From the human T2T-CHM13v2.0 reference genome, Homo sapiens: 64,000 nucleotides of DNA. Positions 11,201 through 25,100 of this stretch are shown here, one piece after another. The notes below the pieces were generated by a model. That model did no database searches. It saw only the letters and a program-made list of their open reading frames with translations, and was not told where the DNA came from. Within the stretch, counting starts at the first letter, position 1, and each line of letters opens with the position of its first letter. The stretch is from the NCBI RefSeq assembly GCF_009914755.1, contig NC_060948.1. One strand, given 5' to 3'. Position numbers and translations under genes: made by a program.

Positions 11201-14200
11201 TAGGGGATTGAAGTGGCTTGGAGTGCAATGGAGTGGAGTGGAATGGAATGTAATGGAATGGAATTGAATGGAATGGAATGGAGTGGAATAGAATTGAATC
11301 ACATGGAACTGAATCAAATCGAATTGAATGAAATTGAATGGAAAAAATGGAATCAAATGGAATCAAATCGAATGGATTCGAATGACATTGAATGGAATCG
11401 AAAGGAATGCAGTGAGGTGGAGTTGAGTGGAATGGAGTGGAATGGAATGGGATGAATGGAATTGACTGGAGAGGTGTGGAATGGAATGGAATGGAAAGTC
11501 ATGGAATTGAAAAAAATGGAGTGTAGTAGAATGTAGTGGATTGGAGTGGAGTGCAGGGGAGTGCAGTGGAATGAAGTGGAGTGTAGTTGAATGGAATGGA
11601 ATGGTATGGAACGTACAGGAATGGAATGGATAAGAATGGAATGGAATGGAATCGCATGGAATTGAATAGAATCAAATCGAATTGAATAGAATCAAATGGA
11701 AAAATGGAGGCAAATGGAATCGAATGTCATAGAATCGAACGGTTTTGAATGTCAGTGAATGGAAACGAATGGAATGCGATGAAGTGGAGCGGAGTGGAGT
11801 GGAAAGGAGTGCAATGGAATAGGGTGGAACAGAATTTAATGGAACAGAGTGGATTGGAGTGTACTGGAGTGGAATGGAATGGGAAGGAATGGGATTGAAA
11901 GGAGTGGCGTACAGTGGAGTGGAGTGGCATGGAGTGGAGTGGAGTGGAATGGAGTGGAATGGAATGGAGTGGAATGGAGTGGATTGGAATGGAATGGAGT
12001 GCAGAGGAATGGAATGGAATGGTATAGAGTGGACAGGAATGGAGTGGAGTGGATTGGAATGGAATGGAATGTAAGGGAATGGAACTGAATGGACTGGAAT
12101 GGAATGGAATAGAATGGAATCGCAGGGAATCAAATTAGATTGAATCGAATCGAATGGAAAAAATGAAATCAAATGAAATTGAATGGAATCGAATAGAATG
12201 TAAACAATGGAATCCAATGGAATCCAATGGAATCGAATCAAATGGTTTTGAATGGCATCAAATAAAATGGCATGGAAGGCAGTGAATTGGAGTGGAGTGG
12301 AATAGAGAGGAACGAATTGGAATGGAGTGTAGTGGAATGGCGTGGATTCCAGTGGAGTGGAGTGGATTGGATTGGAATGGAATGGAATAGATTGGATTGG
12401 AGTGGTGCAGAGTGGAGTGGACTGGAGTGCAGAGGAATGGAGTGGAGTGAAGTCCAGTTGAGTGGAATGGAATGGAGTGGAGCAGAGTGGAATGCAAAAG
12501 AATGAAGTGGATTGGTATGGAATGGAATGGCGAGGAATGGCGTGGAATAGAAAGGAATGGAATCGCATGGAACGATACCAAATCAAATCGAATCAAACGG
12601 AAAATTATGAATCCAATGGAATCGAAAGGATTCTAAAGGAATGGATTCGAAATGCATTGAATGGAATGGAAAGGAATGCAGTGGAGTGGAGTGGAGTGGA
12701 ATGTTTTAGAGTGAACTTGGGTGGATTGGAACTCTATGGAGAGGAGTGGAGTGAAGTGGATTGGAGTGGAATGGAGTGCAATGGACTGGAGTGGAGTGGA
12801 ATGGATTGGAGTGGAGTGGAGTGGATCGGAGTGGAGTGCCGTGGAGTGGACTAGAGTGAGGTGGAGTGGAGTGCATTGGAGTGGAATGGAGTGGAGTGGG
12901 GTGCAATGGAATGGAATGGCATCAAATCGCATGGTAATGAATCAAATGGAATCAAATCGAATGGAAATAATGGAATCGAAGGCAAACGAATGGAATCGAA
13001 TTGCACTGATTCTACTGACTTCGAACAAAATGAAATGAAACGCGGTGAAGTGGAATGGAGTGGAATGTATTGGGTGGAATGGAATAGAATGGTGTGGAGT
13101 GGAGCGGAGTGCCCAGGAGGGGAATGGGAAGAAATGGATTTGAACGGAGTGGAGTGGAGTGGAATGGGGCATAATGGAGTGGAATAGTGTGGAGTGGAGT
13201 AGAGTGGAATGGGTTGGAATGGAATGCAGAGGACAGGATTGGAGTGCGTTGGACTGGAGTGGAGTAGAGTTGAGTGGAGTGGAGTGGATTGAAATAGAGC
13301 GGAGCAGAGTGGGATGGAATTGAATCACATGGTATTGAATCAAATCGAATGGAATTAAATCGAATGTAAAAATGGAATCAAATGTAAACGAATGGAGTCA
13401 AACCACATTGGTTAAACTGACATCGAATAATATCAAAAGAAATGTGGTGAAGTGGAGTGGAGTGTAACGAAATGGAGTGGAATGAAATTGAATGGAGTGG
13501 GGTAGATTGGAGTCTACTGGAGTGGAATAGAATGGAATGGAAAGGAATGGAATAGAATGGAGTGAAGTGCAGTGCAGTGAAATGGAGTGGAAAGGAATGG
13601 AATGGAATGGAATCCAATGGAGTCGAAGTGAATCGAATCTAATGAAATTGATCGGAAAAAATGGAATGGAGTAGAATAGAAGAAGATGGATTCAAAAGGC
13701 AACAAATAGAATGAATGGAATGCGGTGAGTTGGAGGGCATTGGAATGGAGTTGAATGGAATGGGGTGTAATTGAATTGAATGGAGTGGAGTGGATTGTAG
13801 TGGACTGGAGTGGAATGGAACGGAATGGGCAGGAATGGAATTGAAAGGGGTGAATTGGAATTGAGTGCTGTGGACTGGAGAAGACTGCATTGTAGCGGAT
13901 TGGAGTGGAAAGAACTGGAGTGGAATGGAATGGAATGCAATGGAGTGGGGTGGAATGGAATGGAGTGGAGTAGAATGGAATTTAATGGAGTGGAGTGGAA
14001 TTGAGTGGAATGGAGAGTAATGGAGTGGAGTGGACTGGAGCGAAGTGGAGTGTAGTGCATTGGACTGTAGGGGATTGAAGTGGCTTGGAGTGCAATGGAG
14101 TGGAGTGGAATGGAATGTAATGCAATGGAATGGAATGGAATGGAATGTAGTGGAATGGAATCGAATCACATGGAACTGAATCAAATCGAATTGAATGAAA

Positions 14201-17200
14201 TTGAATGGAAAAAATGGAATCCAATGGAATCAAATCGAATGGATTCGAATGACATTGAATGGAATCGAAATGAATGCAGTGAGGTGGAGTTGAGTGGAGT
14301 GGAGTGGAATGGAATGGGATGAATGGAATTGACTGGAGAGGAGTGGAATGGAATGGAATGGAAAGCAATGGAATTGAACGAAATGGAGTGTAGTAGAATG
14401 TAGTGGATTGGAGTGGAGTGCCGGGGAGTGCAGTGAAATGAAGAGGATTGTAGTTGAATGGAATGGAATGGTATGGAACGTACTGGAATGGAATGGATAA
14501 GAACGGAATGGAATGGAATCGCATGGAATTGAAAAGAATCAAATCGAATTGAATAGAATCAAATGGAAAAAATGGAGGCAAATGGAATCGAATGTCATAG
14601 AATCGAACGGTTTTGAATGTCAGTGAATGGAAACGAATGGAATGCGATGAAGTGGAGCGGAGTGGAGTGGAAAGGAGTGCAATGGAATAGGGTGGAACAG
14701 AATTTAATGGAACAGAGTGGATTGGAGTGGACTGGAGTGGAATGGAAAGGGAAGGAATGGGATTGAAAGGAGTGGCGTGCAGTGGAGTGGAGTGGCATGG
14801 AGTGGAGTGGAGTGGAATGGAGTGGAATGGAATGGAGTGGAATGGAGTGGATTGGAATGGAATGGAGTGCAGAGGAATGGAATGGAATGGTATAGAGTGG
14901 ACAGGAATGGAGTGGAGTGGATTGGAATGGAATGGAATGTAAGGGAATGGAACTGAATGGACTGGAATGGAATGGAATAGAATGGAATCGCAGGGAATCA
15001 AATTGGATTGAATCGAATCGAATGGAAAAAATGAAAACAAATGAAATTGAATGGAATCGAATTGAATGTAAACAATGGAATCCAATGGAGTCAAATGGAA
15101 TCGAATCAAATGGTTTTGAATGGCATCAAATGAAATGGCATGGAAGGCAGTGAATTGGAGTGGAGTGGAATAGAGAGGAATGAATTGGAATGGAGTGTAG
15201 TGGAATGGAGTGGATTCCAATGGATTGGAGTGGATTGGATTGGAATGGAATGGAATAGATTGGATTGGAGTGGTGCAGAGTGGAGTGGACTGGAGTGCAG
15301 AGGAATGGAGTGGAGTGAAGTCCAGTTGAGTGGAATGGAATGGAGTGGAGCAGAGTGGAATGCAAAAGAATGAAGTGGATTGTTATGGAATGGAATGGCG
15401 TGGAATGGCGTGGAATAGAATGGAATTGAATCGTATGGAATGATACCAAATCAAATCGAATCAAACGGAAAATTATGAATCCAATGGAATCGAAAGGATT
15501 CTAAAGGAATGGATTCGAAAGGCATTGAATGGAATGGAAAGGAATGCAATGGAGTGGAGTGGATTGGAATGTTTTAGAGTAAACTTGGGTGGATTGGAAA
15601 TCTATGGAGAGGAGTGCAGTGAAGTGGATTGGAGTGGAATGGAGTGCAATGGACTGGAGTGGACTGGAATGGATTGGAGTGGAGTGGAGTGGATCGGAGC
15701 AGAGTGCCGTGGAGTGGACTAGAGTGAGGTGGAGTGGAGTGCATTGGAGTGGAATGGAGTGGAGTGGGGTGCAACGGAATGGAATGGCATCAAATCGCAT
15801 GGTAATGAATCAAATGGAATCAAATGGAATGGAAATAATGGAATCGAAGGCAAACGAATGGAATCGAATTGCACTGATTCTACTGACTTCGAACAAAATG
15901 AAATGAAACGCGGTGAAGTGGAGTGGAGTGGAATGTATTGGGTGGAATGGAATAGAATGGTGTGGAGTGGAGTGGAGTGCCCAGGAGTGGAATGGGAAGA
16001 AATGGAATTGAACGGAGTGGAGTGGAGTGGAATGGGGCATAATGGAGTGGAATAGTGTGGAGTGGAGTAGAGTGGAATAGGTTGGAATGGAATGCAGAGG
16101 ACAGGATTGGAGTGCGGTGGACTGGAGTGGAGTAGAGTTGAGTGGAGTGGAGTGGATTGAAATAGAGTGGAGCAGAGTGGGATGGAATTGAATCACATGG
16201 AATTGAATCAAATCGAATGGAATTAAATCGAATGAAAAAATGAAATCAAATGTAAACGAATGGAGTCAAACCACATTGGTTAAACTGACATCGAATAATA
16301 TCAAAAGAAATGTGGTGAAGTGGAGTGGAGTGTAACGAAATGGAGTGGAATGAAATTGAATGGAGTGGGGTCGATTGGAGTCTACTGGAGTGGAATGGAA
16401 TGGAATGGAAAGGAATGGAATAGAATGGAGTGAAGTGCAGTGCAGTGAAATGGAGTGGAAATGAATGGAATGGAATGGAATGGAATCAAATGGAATCGAA
16501 GTGAATCGAATCTAATGAAATTGATCAGAAAAAATGGAATGGAGTAGAATCGAATAATATGGATTCAAAAGGCAACAAATAGAATGAATGGAATGCGGTG
16601 AGTTGGAGGGCAATGGAATGGAGTTGAATGGAATGGGGTGTAATTGAATTGAATGGAGTGGAGTGGATTGGAGTGGACTGGAGTGGAATGGAACGGAATG
16701 GGCAGGAATGGAATTGAAAGGGGTGAATTGGAATTGAGTGCTGTGGATTGGAGTAGACTGCATTGTAGTGGATTGGAGTGGAAAGAAGTGGAGTGGAATG
16801 GAATGGAATGCAATGGAGTGGAGTGGAATGGAATGGAGTGGATTAGAATGGAATTTAATGGAGTGCAGTGGAATTGAGTGGAATGGAGAGTAATGGAGTG
16901 GAGTGGGCTGCAGCGAAGTGGAGTGTAGTGCATTGGACTGTAGGGGATTGAAGTGGCTTGGAGTGCAATGGAGTGGAGTGGAATGGAATGTAATGGAATG
17001 GAATTGAATGGAATGGAATGGAGTGGAATAGAATTGAATCACATGGAACTGAATCAAATCGAATTGAATGAAATTGAATGGAAAAAATGGAATGAAATGG
17101 AATCAAATCGAATGGATTCGAATGACATTGAATGGAATCGAAAGGAATGCAGTGAGGTGGAGTTGAGTGGAATGGAGTGGAATGGAATGGGATGAATGGA

Positions 17201-20200
17201 ATTGACTGGAGAGGAGTGGAATGGAATGGAATGGAAAGTCATGGAATTGAAAAAAATGGAGTGTAGTAGAATGTAGTGGATTGGAGTGGAGTGCAGGGGA
17301 GTGCAGTGGAATGAAGTGGAGTGTAGTTGAATGGAATGGAATGGTATGGAACGTACAGGAATGGAATGGATAAGAATGGAATGGAATGGAATCGCATGGA
17401 ATTGAATAGAATCAAATCGAATTGAATAGAATCAAATGGAAAAATGGAGTCAAATGGAATCGAATGGCATAGAATGGAACGGTTTTGAATGTCAGTGAAT
17501 GGAAACGAATGGAATGCGATGAAGTGGAGCGGAGTGGAGTGGAAAGGAGTGCAATGGAATAGGGTGGAACAGAATTTAATGGTACAGAGTGGATTGGAGT
17601 GTACTGGAGTGGAATGGAATGGGAAGGAATGGGATTGAAAGGAGTGGCGTGCAGTGGAGTGGAGTGGCATGGAGTGGAGTGGAGTGGAATGGAGTGGAAT
17701 GGAATGGAGTGGAATGGAGTGGATTGGAATGGAATGGAGTGCAGAGGAATGGAATGGAATGGTATAGAGTGGACAGGAATGGAGTGGAGTGGATTGGAAT
17801 GGAATGGAATGTAAGGGAATGGAACTGAATGGACTGGAATGGAATGGAATAGAATGGAATCGCAGGGAATCAAATTGGATTGAATCGAATCGAATGGAAA
17901 AAATGAAATCAAATGAAATTGAATGGAATCGAATTGAATGTAAACAATGGGATCCAATGGAATCCAATGGAATCGAATCAAATGGTTTTGAATGGCATCA
18001 AATGAAATGGCATGGAAGGCAGTGAATTGGAGTGGAGTGGAATAGAGTGGAACGAATTGGAATGGAGTGTAGTGGAATGGCGTGGATTCCATTGGAGTGG
18101 AGTGGATTGGATTGGAATGGAATGGAATAGATTGGATTGGAGTGGTGCAGAGTGGAGTGGACTGGAGTGCAGAGGAATGGAGTGGAGTGAAGTCCAGTTG
18201 AGTGGAATGGAATGGAGTGGAGCAGAGTGGAATGCAATAGAATGAAGTGGAATGGTATGGAATGGAATGTCGAGGAATGACGTGGAATAGAAAGGAATGG
18301 AATCGCATGGAACGATACCAAATCAAATCGAATCAAACGGAAAATTATGAATCCTATGGAATCGAAAGGATTCTAAAGGAAGGGATTCGAAATGCATTGA
18401 ATGGAATGGAAAGGAATGCAGTGGAGTGGAGTGGAGTGGAATGTTTTAGAGTGAACTTGGGTGGATTGGAACTCTATGGAGAGGAGTGGAGTGAAGTGGA
18501 TAGGAGTGGAATGGAGTGCAATGGACTGGAGTGGAGTGGAATGGATTGGAGTGGAGTGGAGTGGATCGGAGTGGAGTGCCGTGGAGTGGACTAGAGTGAG
18601 GTGGAGTGGAGTACATTGGAGTGGAATGGAGTGGAGTGGGGTGCAATGGAATGGAATGGCATCAAATCGCATGGTAATGAATCAAATGGAATCAAATGGA
18701 ATGGAAATAATGGAATCGAAGGCAAACGAATGGAATCGAATTGCACTGATTCTACTGACTTCGAACAAAATGAAATGAAACGCGGTGAAGTGGAGTGGAG
18801 TGGAATGTATTGGGTGGAATGGAATAGAATGGTGTGGAGTGGAGTGGAGTGCCCAGGAGGGGAACGGGAAGAAATGGAATTGAAGGGAGTGGAGTGGAGT
18901 GGAATGGGGCATAATGGAGTGGAATAGTGTGGAGTGGAGTAGAGTGGAATGGGTTGGAATGGAATGCAGAGGACAGGATTGGAGTGCGTTGGACTGGAGT
19001 GCAGTAGAGTTGAGTGGAGTGGAGTGGATTGAAATAGAGCGGAGCAGAGTGGGATGGAATTGAATCACATGGTATTGAATCAAATCGAATGGAATTAAAT
19101 CGAATGTAAAAATGGAATCAAATGCAAACGAATGGAGTCAAACCACATTGGTTAAACTGACATCGAATAATATCAAAAGAAATGTGGTGAAGTGGAGTGG
19201 AGTGTAACGAAATGGAGTGGAATGAAATTGAATGGAGTGGGGTCGATTGGAGTCTACTGGAGTGGAATAGAATGGAATGGAAAGGAATGGAATAGAATGG
19301 AGTGAAGTGCAGTGCAGTGAAATGGAGTGGAAAGGAATGGAATGGAATGGAATCAAATGGAATCGAAGTGAATCGCATCTAATGAAATTGATCGGAAAAA
19401 ATGGAATGGAGTAGAATCGAAGAAGATGGATTCAAAAGGCAACAAATAGAATTGAATGGAATGCGGTGAGTTGGAGGGCATTGGAATGGAGTTGAATGGA
19501 ATGGGGTGTAATTGAATTGAATGGAGTGGAGTGGATTGTAGTGGACTGGAGTGGAATGGAACGGAATGGGCAGGAATTTAATTGAAAGGGGTGAATTGGA
19601 ATTGAGTGCTGTGGATTGGAGTAGACTGCATTGTAGTGGATTGGAGTGGAAAGAAGTGGAGTGGAATGGAATTGAATGCAATGGAGTGGGGTGGAATGGA
19701 ATGGAGTGGAGTAGAATGGAATTTAATGGAGTGGAGTGGAATTGAGTGGAATGGAGAGTAATGGAGTGGAGTGGACTGGAGCGAAGTGGAGTGTAGTGCA
19801 TTGGACTGTAGGGGATTGAAGTGGCTTGGAGTGCAATGGAGTGGAGTGGAATGGAATGTAATGCAATGGAATGGAATGGAATGGAATGTAGTGGAATGGA
19901 ATCGAATCACATGGAACTGAATCAAATCGAATTGAATGAAATTGAATGGAAAAAATGGAATCCAATGGAATCAAATCGAATGGATTCGAATGACATTGAA
20001 TGGAATCGAAATGAATGCAGTGAGGTGTAGTTGAGTGGAGTGGAGTGGAATGGAATGGGATGAATGGAATTGACTGGAGAGGAGTGGAATGGAATGGAAT
20101 GGAAAGCAATGGAATTGAACAAAATGGAGTGTAGTAGAATGTAGTGGATTGGAGTGGAGTGCCGGGGAGTGCAGTGAAATGAAGAGGATTGTAGTTGAAT

Positions 20201-22600
20201 GGAATGGAATGGTATGGAACGTACTGGAATGGAATGGATAAGAACGGAATGGAATGGAATCGCATGGAATTGAAAAGAATCAAATCGAATTGAATAGAAT
20301 CAAATGGAAAAAATGGAGGCAAATGGAATCGAATGTCATAGAATCGAACGGTTTTGAATGTCAGTGAATGGAAACGAATGGAATGCGATGAAGTGGAGCG
20401 GAGTGGAGTGGAAAGGAGTGCAATGGAATAGGGTGGAACAGAATTTAATGGAACAGAGTGGATTGGAGTGGACTGGAGTGGAATGGAAAGGGAAGGAATG
20501 GGATTGAAAAGAGTGGCGTGCAGTGGAGTGGAGTGACATGGAGTGGAGTGGAGTGGAATGGAGTGGAATGGAATGGAGTGGAATGGAGTGGATTGGAATG
20601 GAATGGAGTGCAGAGGAATGGAATGGAATGGTATAGAGTGGACAGGAATGGAGTGGAGTGGATTGGAATGGAATGGAATGTAAGGGAATGGAACTGAATG
20701 GACTGGAATGGAATGGAATAGAATGGAATCGCAGGGAATCAAATTGGATTGAATCGAATCGAATGGAAAAAATGAAAACAAATGAAATTGAATGGAATCG
20801 AATTGAATGTAAACAATGGAATCCAATGGAGTCAAATGGAATCGAATCAAATGGTTTTGAATGGCATCAAATGAAATGACATGGAAGGCAGTGAATTGGA
20901 GTGGAGTGGAATAGAGAGGAATGAATTGGAATGGAGTGTAGTGGAATGGCGTGGATTCCAGTGGAGTGGAGTGGATTGGATTTGAATGGAATGGAATAGA
21001 TTCTATTCGAGTGGTGCAGAGTGGAGTGGACTGGAGTGCAGAGGAATGGAGTGGAGTGAAGTCCAGTTGAGTGGAATGGAATGGAGTGGAGCAGAGTGGA
21101 ATGCAAAAGAATGAAGTGGATTGTTATGGAATGGAATGGCGTGGAATGGCGTGGAATAGAATGAAATTAAATCGCATGGAATGATACCAAATCAAATCGA
21201 ATCAAACGGAAAATTATGAATCCAATGGAATCGAAAGGATTCTAAAGGAATGGATTCGAAAGGCATTGAATGGAATGTAAAGGAATGCAGTGGAGTGGAG
21301 TGGAGTGGAATGTTTTAGAGTAAACTTGGGTGGATTGGAAATCTATGGAGAGGAGTGCAGTGAAGTGGATTGGAGTGGAATGGAGTGCAATGGACTGGAG
21401 TGGACTGGAATGGATTGGAGTGGAGTGGATTGGATCGGAGCGGAGTGCCGTGGAGTGGACTAGAGTGAGGTGGAGTGGAGTGCATTGGAGTGGAATGGAG
21501 TGGAGTGGGGTGCAACGGAATGGAATGGCATCAAATCGCATGGTAATGAATCAAATGGAATCAAATCGAATGGAAATAATGGAATCGAAGGCAAACGAAT
21601 GGAATCGAATTGCACTGATTCTACTGACTTCGAACAAAATGAAATGAAACGCGCTGAAGTGGAGTGGAGTGGAATGTATTGGGTGGAATGGAATAGAATG
21701 GTGTGGAGTGGAGTGGAGTGCCCAGGAGTGGAATGGGAAGAAATGGAATTGAACGGAGTGGAGTGGAGTGGAATGGGGCATAATGGAGTGGAATAGTGTG
21801 GAGTGGAGTAGAGTGGAATAGGTTGGAGTGGAATGCAGAGGACAGGATTGGAGTGCGGTGGACTGGAGTGGAGTAGAGTTGAGTGGAGTGGAGTGGATTG
21901 AAATAGAGCGGAGCAGAGAGGGATGGAATTGAATCACATGGAATTGAATCAAATCGAATGGAATTAAATCGAATGAAAAAATGGAATCAAATGTAAACGA
22001 ATGGAGTCAAACCACATTGGTTAAACTGAGATAGAATAATATCAAAAGAAATGTGGTGAAGTGGAGTGGAGTGTAACGAAATGGAGTGGAATGAAATTGA
22101 ATGGAGTGGGGTCGATTGGAGTCTACTGGAGTGGAATGGAATGGAATGGAAAGGAATGGAATAGAATGGAGTGAAGTGTAGTGCAGTGAAATGGAGTGGA
22201 AAGGAATGGAATGGAATGGAATGGAATCAAATGGAATCGAAGTGAATCGAAGCTAATGAAATTGATCAGAAAAAATCGAATGGAGTAGAATCGAATAATA
22301 TGGATTCAAAAGGCAACAAATAGAATGAATGGAATGCGGTGAGTTGGAGGGCAATGGAATGGAGTTGAATGGAATGGCGTGTAATTGAATTGAATGGAGT
22401 GGAGTGGATTGGAGTGGACTGGAGTGGAATGGAACAGAATGGGCAGGAATGGAATTGAAAGGCGTGAATTGTAATTGAGTGCTGTGGATTGGAGTAGACT
22501 GCATTGTAGTGGATTGCAGTGGAAAGAAGTGGAGTGGAATGGAATGGAAGGCAATGGAGTGGAGGGGAATGGAATGGAGTGGAGTAGAATGGAATTTAAT
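8300..22600 (+). repeat. Dimeric higher-order repeat (~5,741 bp), about 2.5 copies
   Basis: Diagnostic variants alternate between neighbouring monomers. GGAAAGCAATGG occurs at ~8620, 14360 and 20101, and GGAAAGTCATGG at ~11493 and 17233. GTGCAACGG occurs at ~10028, 15769 and 21510, and GTGCAATGG at ~12901 and 18641. Landmark offsets are 5741, 5740 and 5741. Confidence 0.8.
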
Positions 22601-25100
22601 GGAGTGGAGTGGAATTGAGTGGAATGGAGAGTAATGGAGTGGAGTGGACTGGAGCGAAGTGGAGTGTAGTGCATTAGACTGTAGGGGATTGAAGTGGCTT
22701 GGAGTGCAATGGAGTGGAGTGGAATGGAATGTAATGGAATGGAATGGAATGGAATGGAATGGAATGGAGTGGAATGGAATCGAATCACATGGAACTGAAT
22801 CAAATCGAATTGAATGAAATTGAATGGAAAAAATGGAATGAAATGGAATCAAATCGAATGGATTCGAATGACATTGAATGGAATCGAAAGGAATGCAGTG
22901 AGGTGTAGTTGAGTGGAGTGGAGTGGAATGGAATGGGATGAATGGAATTGACTGGAGAGGAGTGGAATGGAATGGAATGGAAAGGAATGGAATTGAACGA
23001 AATGGAGTGTGGTAGAATGTAGTGGATTGGAGTGGAGTGCAGGGGAGTGCAGTGGAATGAAGAGGAGTGTAGTTGAATGGAATGGAATGGTATGGAACGT
23101 ACTGGAATGGAATGGATAAGAATGGAATGGAATGGAATCGCATAGAATTGAATAGAATGAAATCGAATTGAATAGAATCAAATGGAAAAAATGGAGGCAA
23201 ATGGAATCGAATGTCATAGAATCGAACGGTTTTGAATGTCAGAGAATGGAAACGAATGGAATGCGATGATGTAGAGCGGAGTGGAGTGGAAAGGAGTGCA
23301 ATGGAATAGGGTGGAAAAGAATTTAATGGAACAGAGTGGATTGGAGTGGACTGGAGTGGAATGGAATGGGAAGGAATGGGATTGAAAGGAGTGGCGTGCA
23401 GTGGAGTGGAGTGGCATGGAGTGGAGTGGAGTGGAATGGAGTGGAATGGAATGGAGTGGAATGGAGTGGATTGGAATGGAATGGAGTGCAGAGGAATGGA
23501 ATGGAATGGTATAGAGTGGACAGGAATGGAGTGGAGTGGATTGGAATGGAATGGAATGTAAGGGAATGGAACTGAATGGACTGGAATGGAATGGAGTAGA
23601 ATGGAATCACAGGGAATCAAATTGGATTGAATCGAATCGAATGGAGAAAATGAAATCAAATGAAATTGAATGGAATCGAATTGAATGTAAACAATGGAAT
23701 CCAATGGAGTCAAATGGAATCGAATCAAATGGTTTTGAATGGCATCAAATGAAATGGCATGGAAGGCAGTGAATTGGAGTGGAGTGGAATAGAGAGGAAT
23801 GAATTGGAATGGAGTGTAGTGGAATGGAGTGGATTGGATTGGAATGGAATGGAATAGATTGGATTGGAGTGGTGCAGAGTGGAGTGGACTGGAGTGCAGA
23901 GGAATGGAGTGGAGTGAAGTCCAGTTGAGTGGAATGGAATGGAGTGGAGCAGAGTGGAATTCAAAAGAATGAAGTGGATTGGTATGGAATGGAATGGCGT
24001 GGAATGGCGTGGAATAGAATGGAATGGAATCGCATGGAATGATATGAAATCAAATCGAATTGAACGGAAAATTATGAATCCAATGGAATCGAAAGGATTC
24101 TAAAGGAATGGATTCGAAAGGCATTGAATGGAATGGAAAGGAATGCAGTGAAGTGGAGTGGAGTGGAGTGGAATGTTTTAGAGTGAACTGGGGTGGATTG
24201 GAACTCTATGGCGGGGAGTGGAGTGAAGTGGATTGGAGTGGAATGGAGCGCAATGGACTGGAGTGGAGTGGAATGGATTGGAGTGGAGTGGAGTGCATCG
24301 GAGTGGAGTGCTGTGGAGTGGACTAGAGTGGGGTGGAGTGGAGTGCATTGGAGTGGAATGGAACGGAGTGGGGTGGAATGGAATGGAATGGAATCAAATC
24401 GCATGGTAATGAATCAAATGGAATCAAATCGAATGGAAATAATGGAATCGAAGGGAAACGAATGGAATCGAATTGCACTGATTCTACTGACTTCGAGGAA
24501 AATGAAATGAAATGCGGTGAAGTGGAATGGAGGGAATGTATTAGGGTGGAATGGAATTGAATGGTGTGGAGTGGAGTGGAGTGCCCAGGAGTGGAATGGG
24601 AAGAAATGGAATTGAACGGAGTGGAGTGGAGTGGAATGGGGGATAATGGAGTGGAGTAGAGTGGAGTGGAGTAGAGTGGAATGGGTTGGAGTGTAATGCA
24701 GAGTACAGGAGTGGAGTGCGGTGGACTGGAGTGGAGTGGAGTTGAGTGGAGTGGATTGGATTGAAATAGAGCGGAGCAGAGTGGAATGGAATTGAATCAC
24801 ATGGTATTGAATCAAATCGAATGGAATTAAATCGAATCAAAAAATGGAATCAAAAGCAAACGAATGGAGTCAAACCTCATTGGTTAAACTGACATCGAAA
24901 AATATCAAATGAAATGTGGTGAAGTGGAGTGGATTGTAATGAAATGGGGTGGAATGAAATTGAATGGAGTGGAGTGTATTGGAGTCTACTGGAGTGGAAT
25001 GGAACGGAATGCAAAGGAATGGAATAGAATGCAGTGAAGTGCAGTGCAGTGAAGTGGAGTGGAAAGGAATGGAATGGAATGGAATGGAATGGAATGGAAT
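17230..25100 (+). repeat. Multi-monomer block, copy 1 (types C-D-E)
   Basis: Carries a diagnostic BamHI site at 17950-17955, the TTCTATTCGA variant at 21001 and the 20-bp deletion at ~23835. Matches later blocks at +11502 and +20106. Confidence 0.8.

Noticed and set aside
22253-23728. Long minus-strand ORFs (up to 491 aa; also 25146-26606, 42359-43834 and the 412-aa ORFs) rich in HSIPF/HSTPL
   Set aside because: (CATTC)n and (CACTC)n contain no stop codon in any frame, so long ORFs are expected. The products are low-complexity pentapeptide repeats whose ends shift with random indels between copies.
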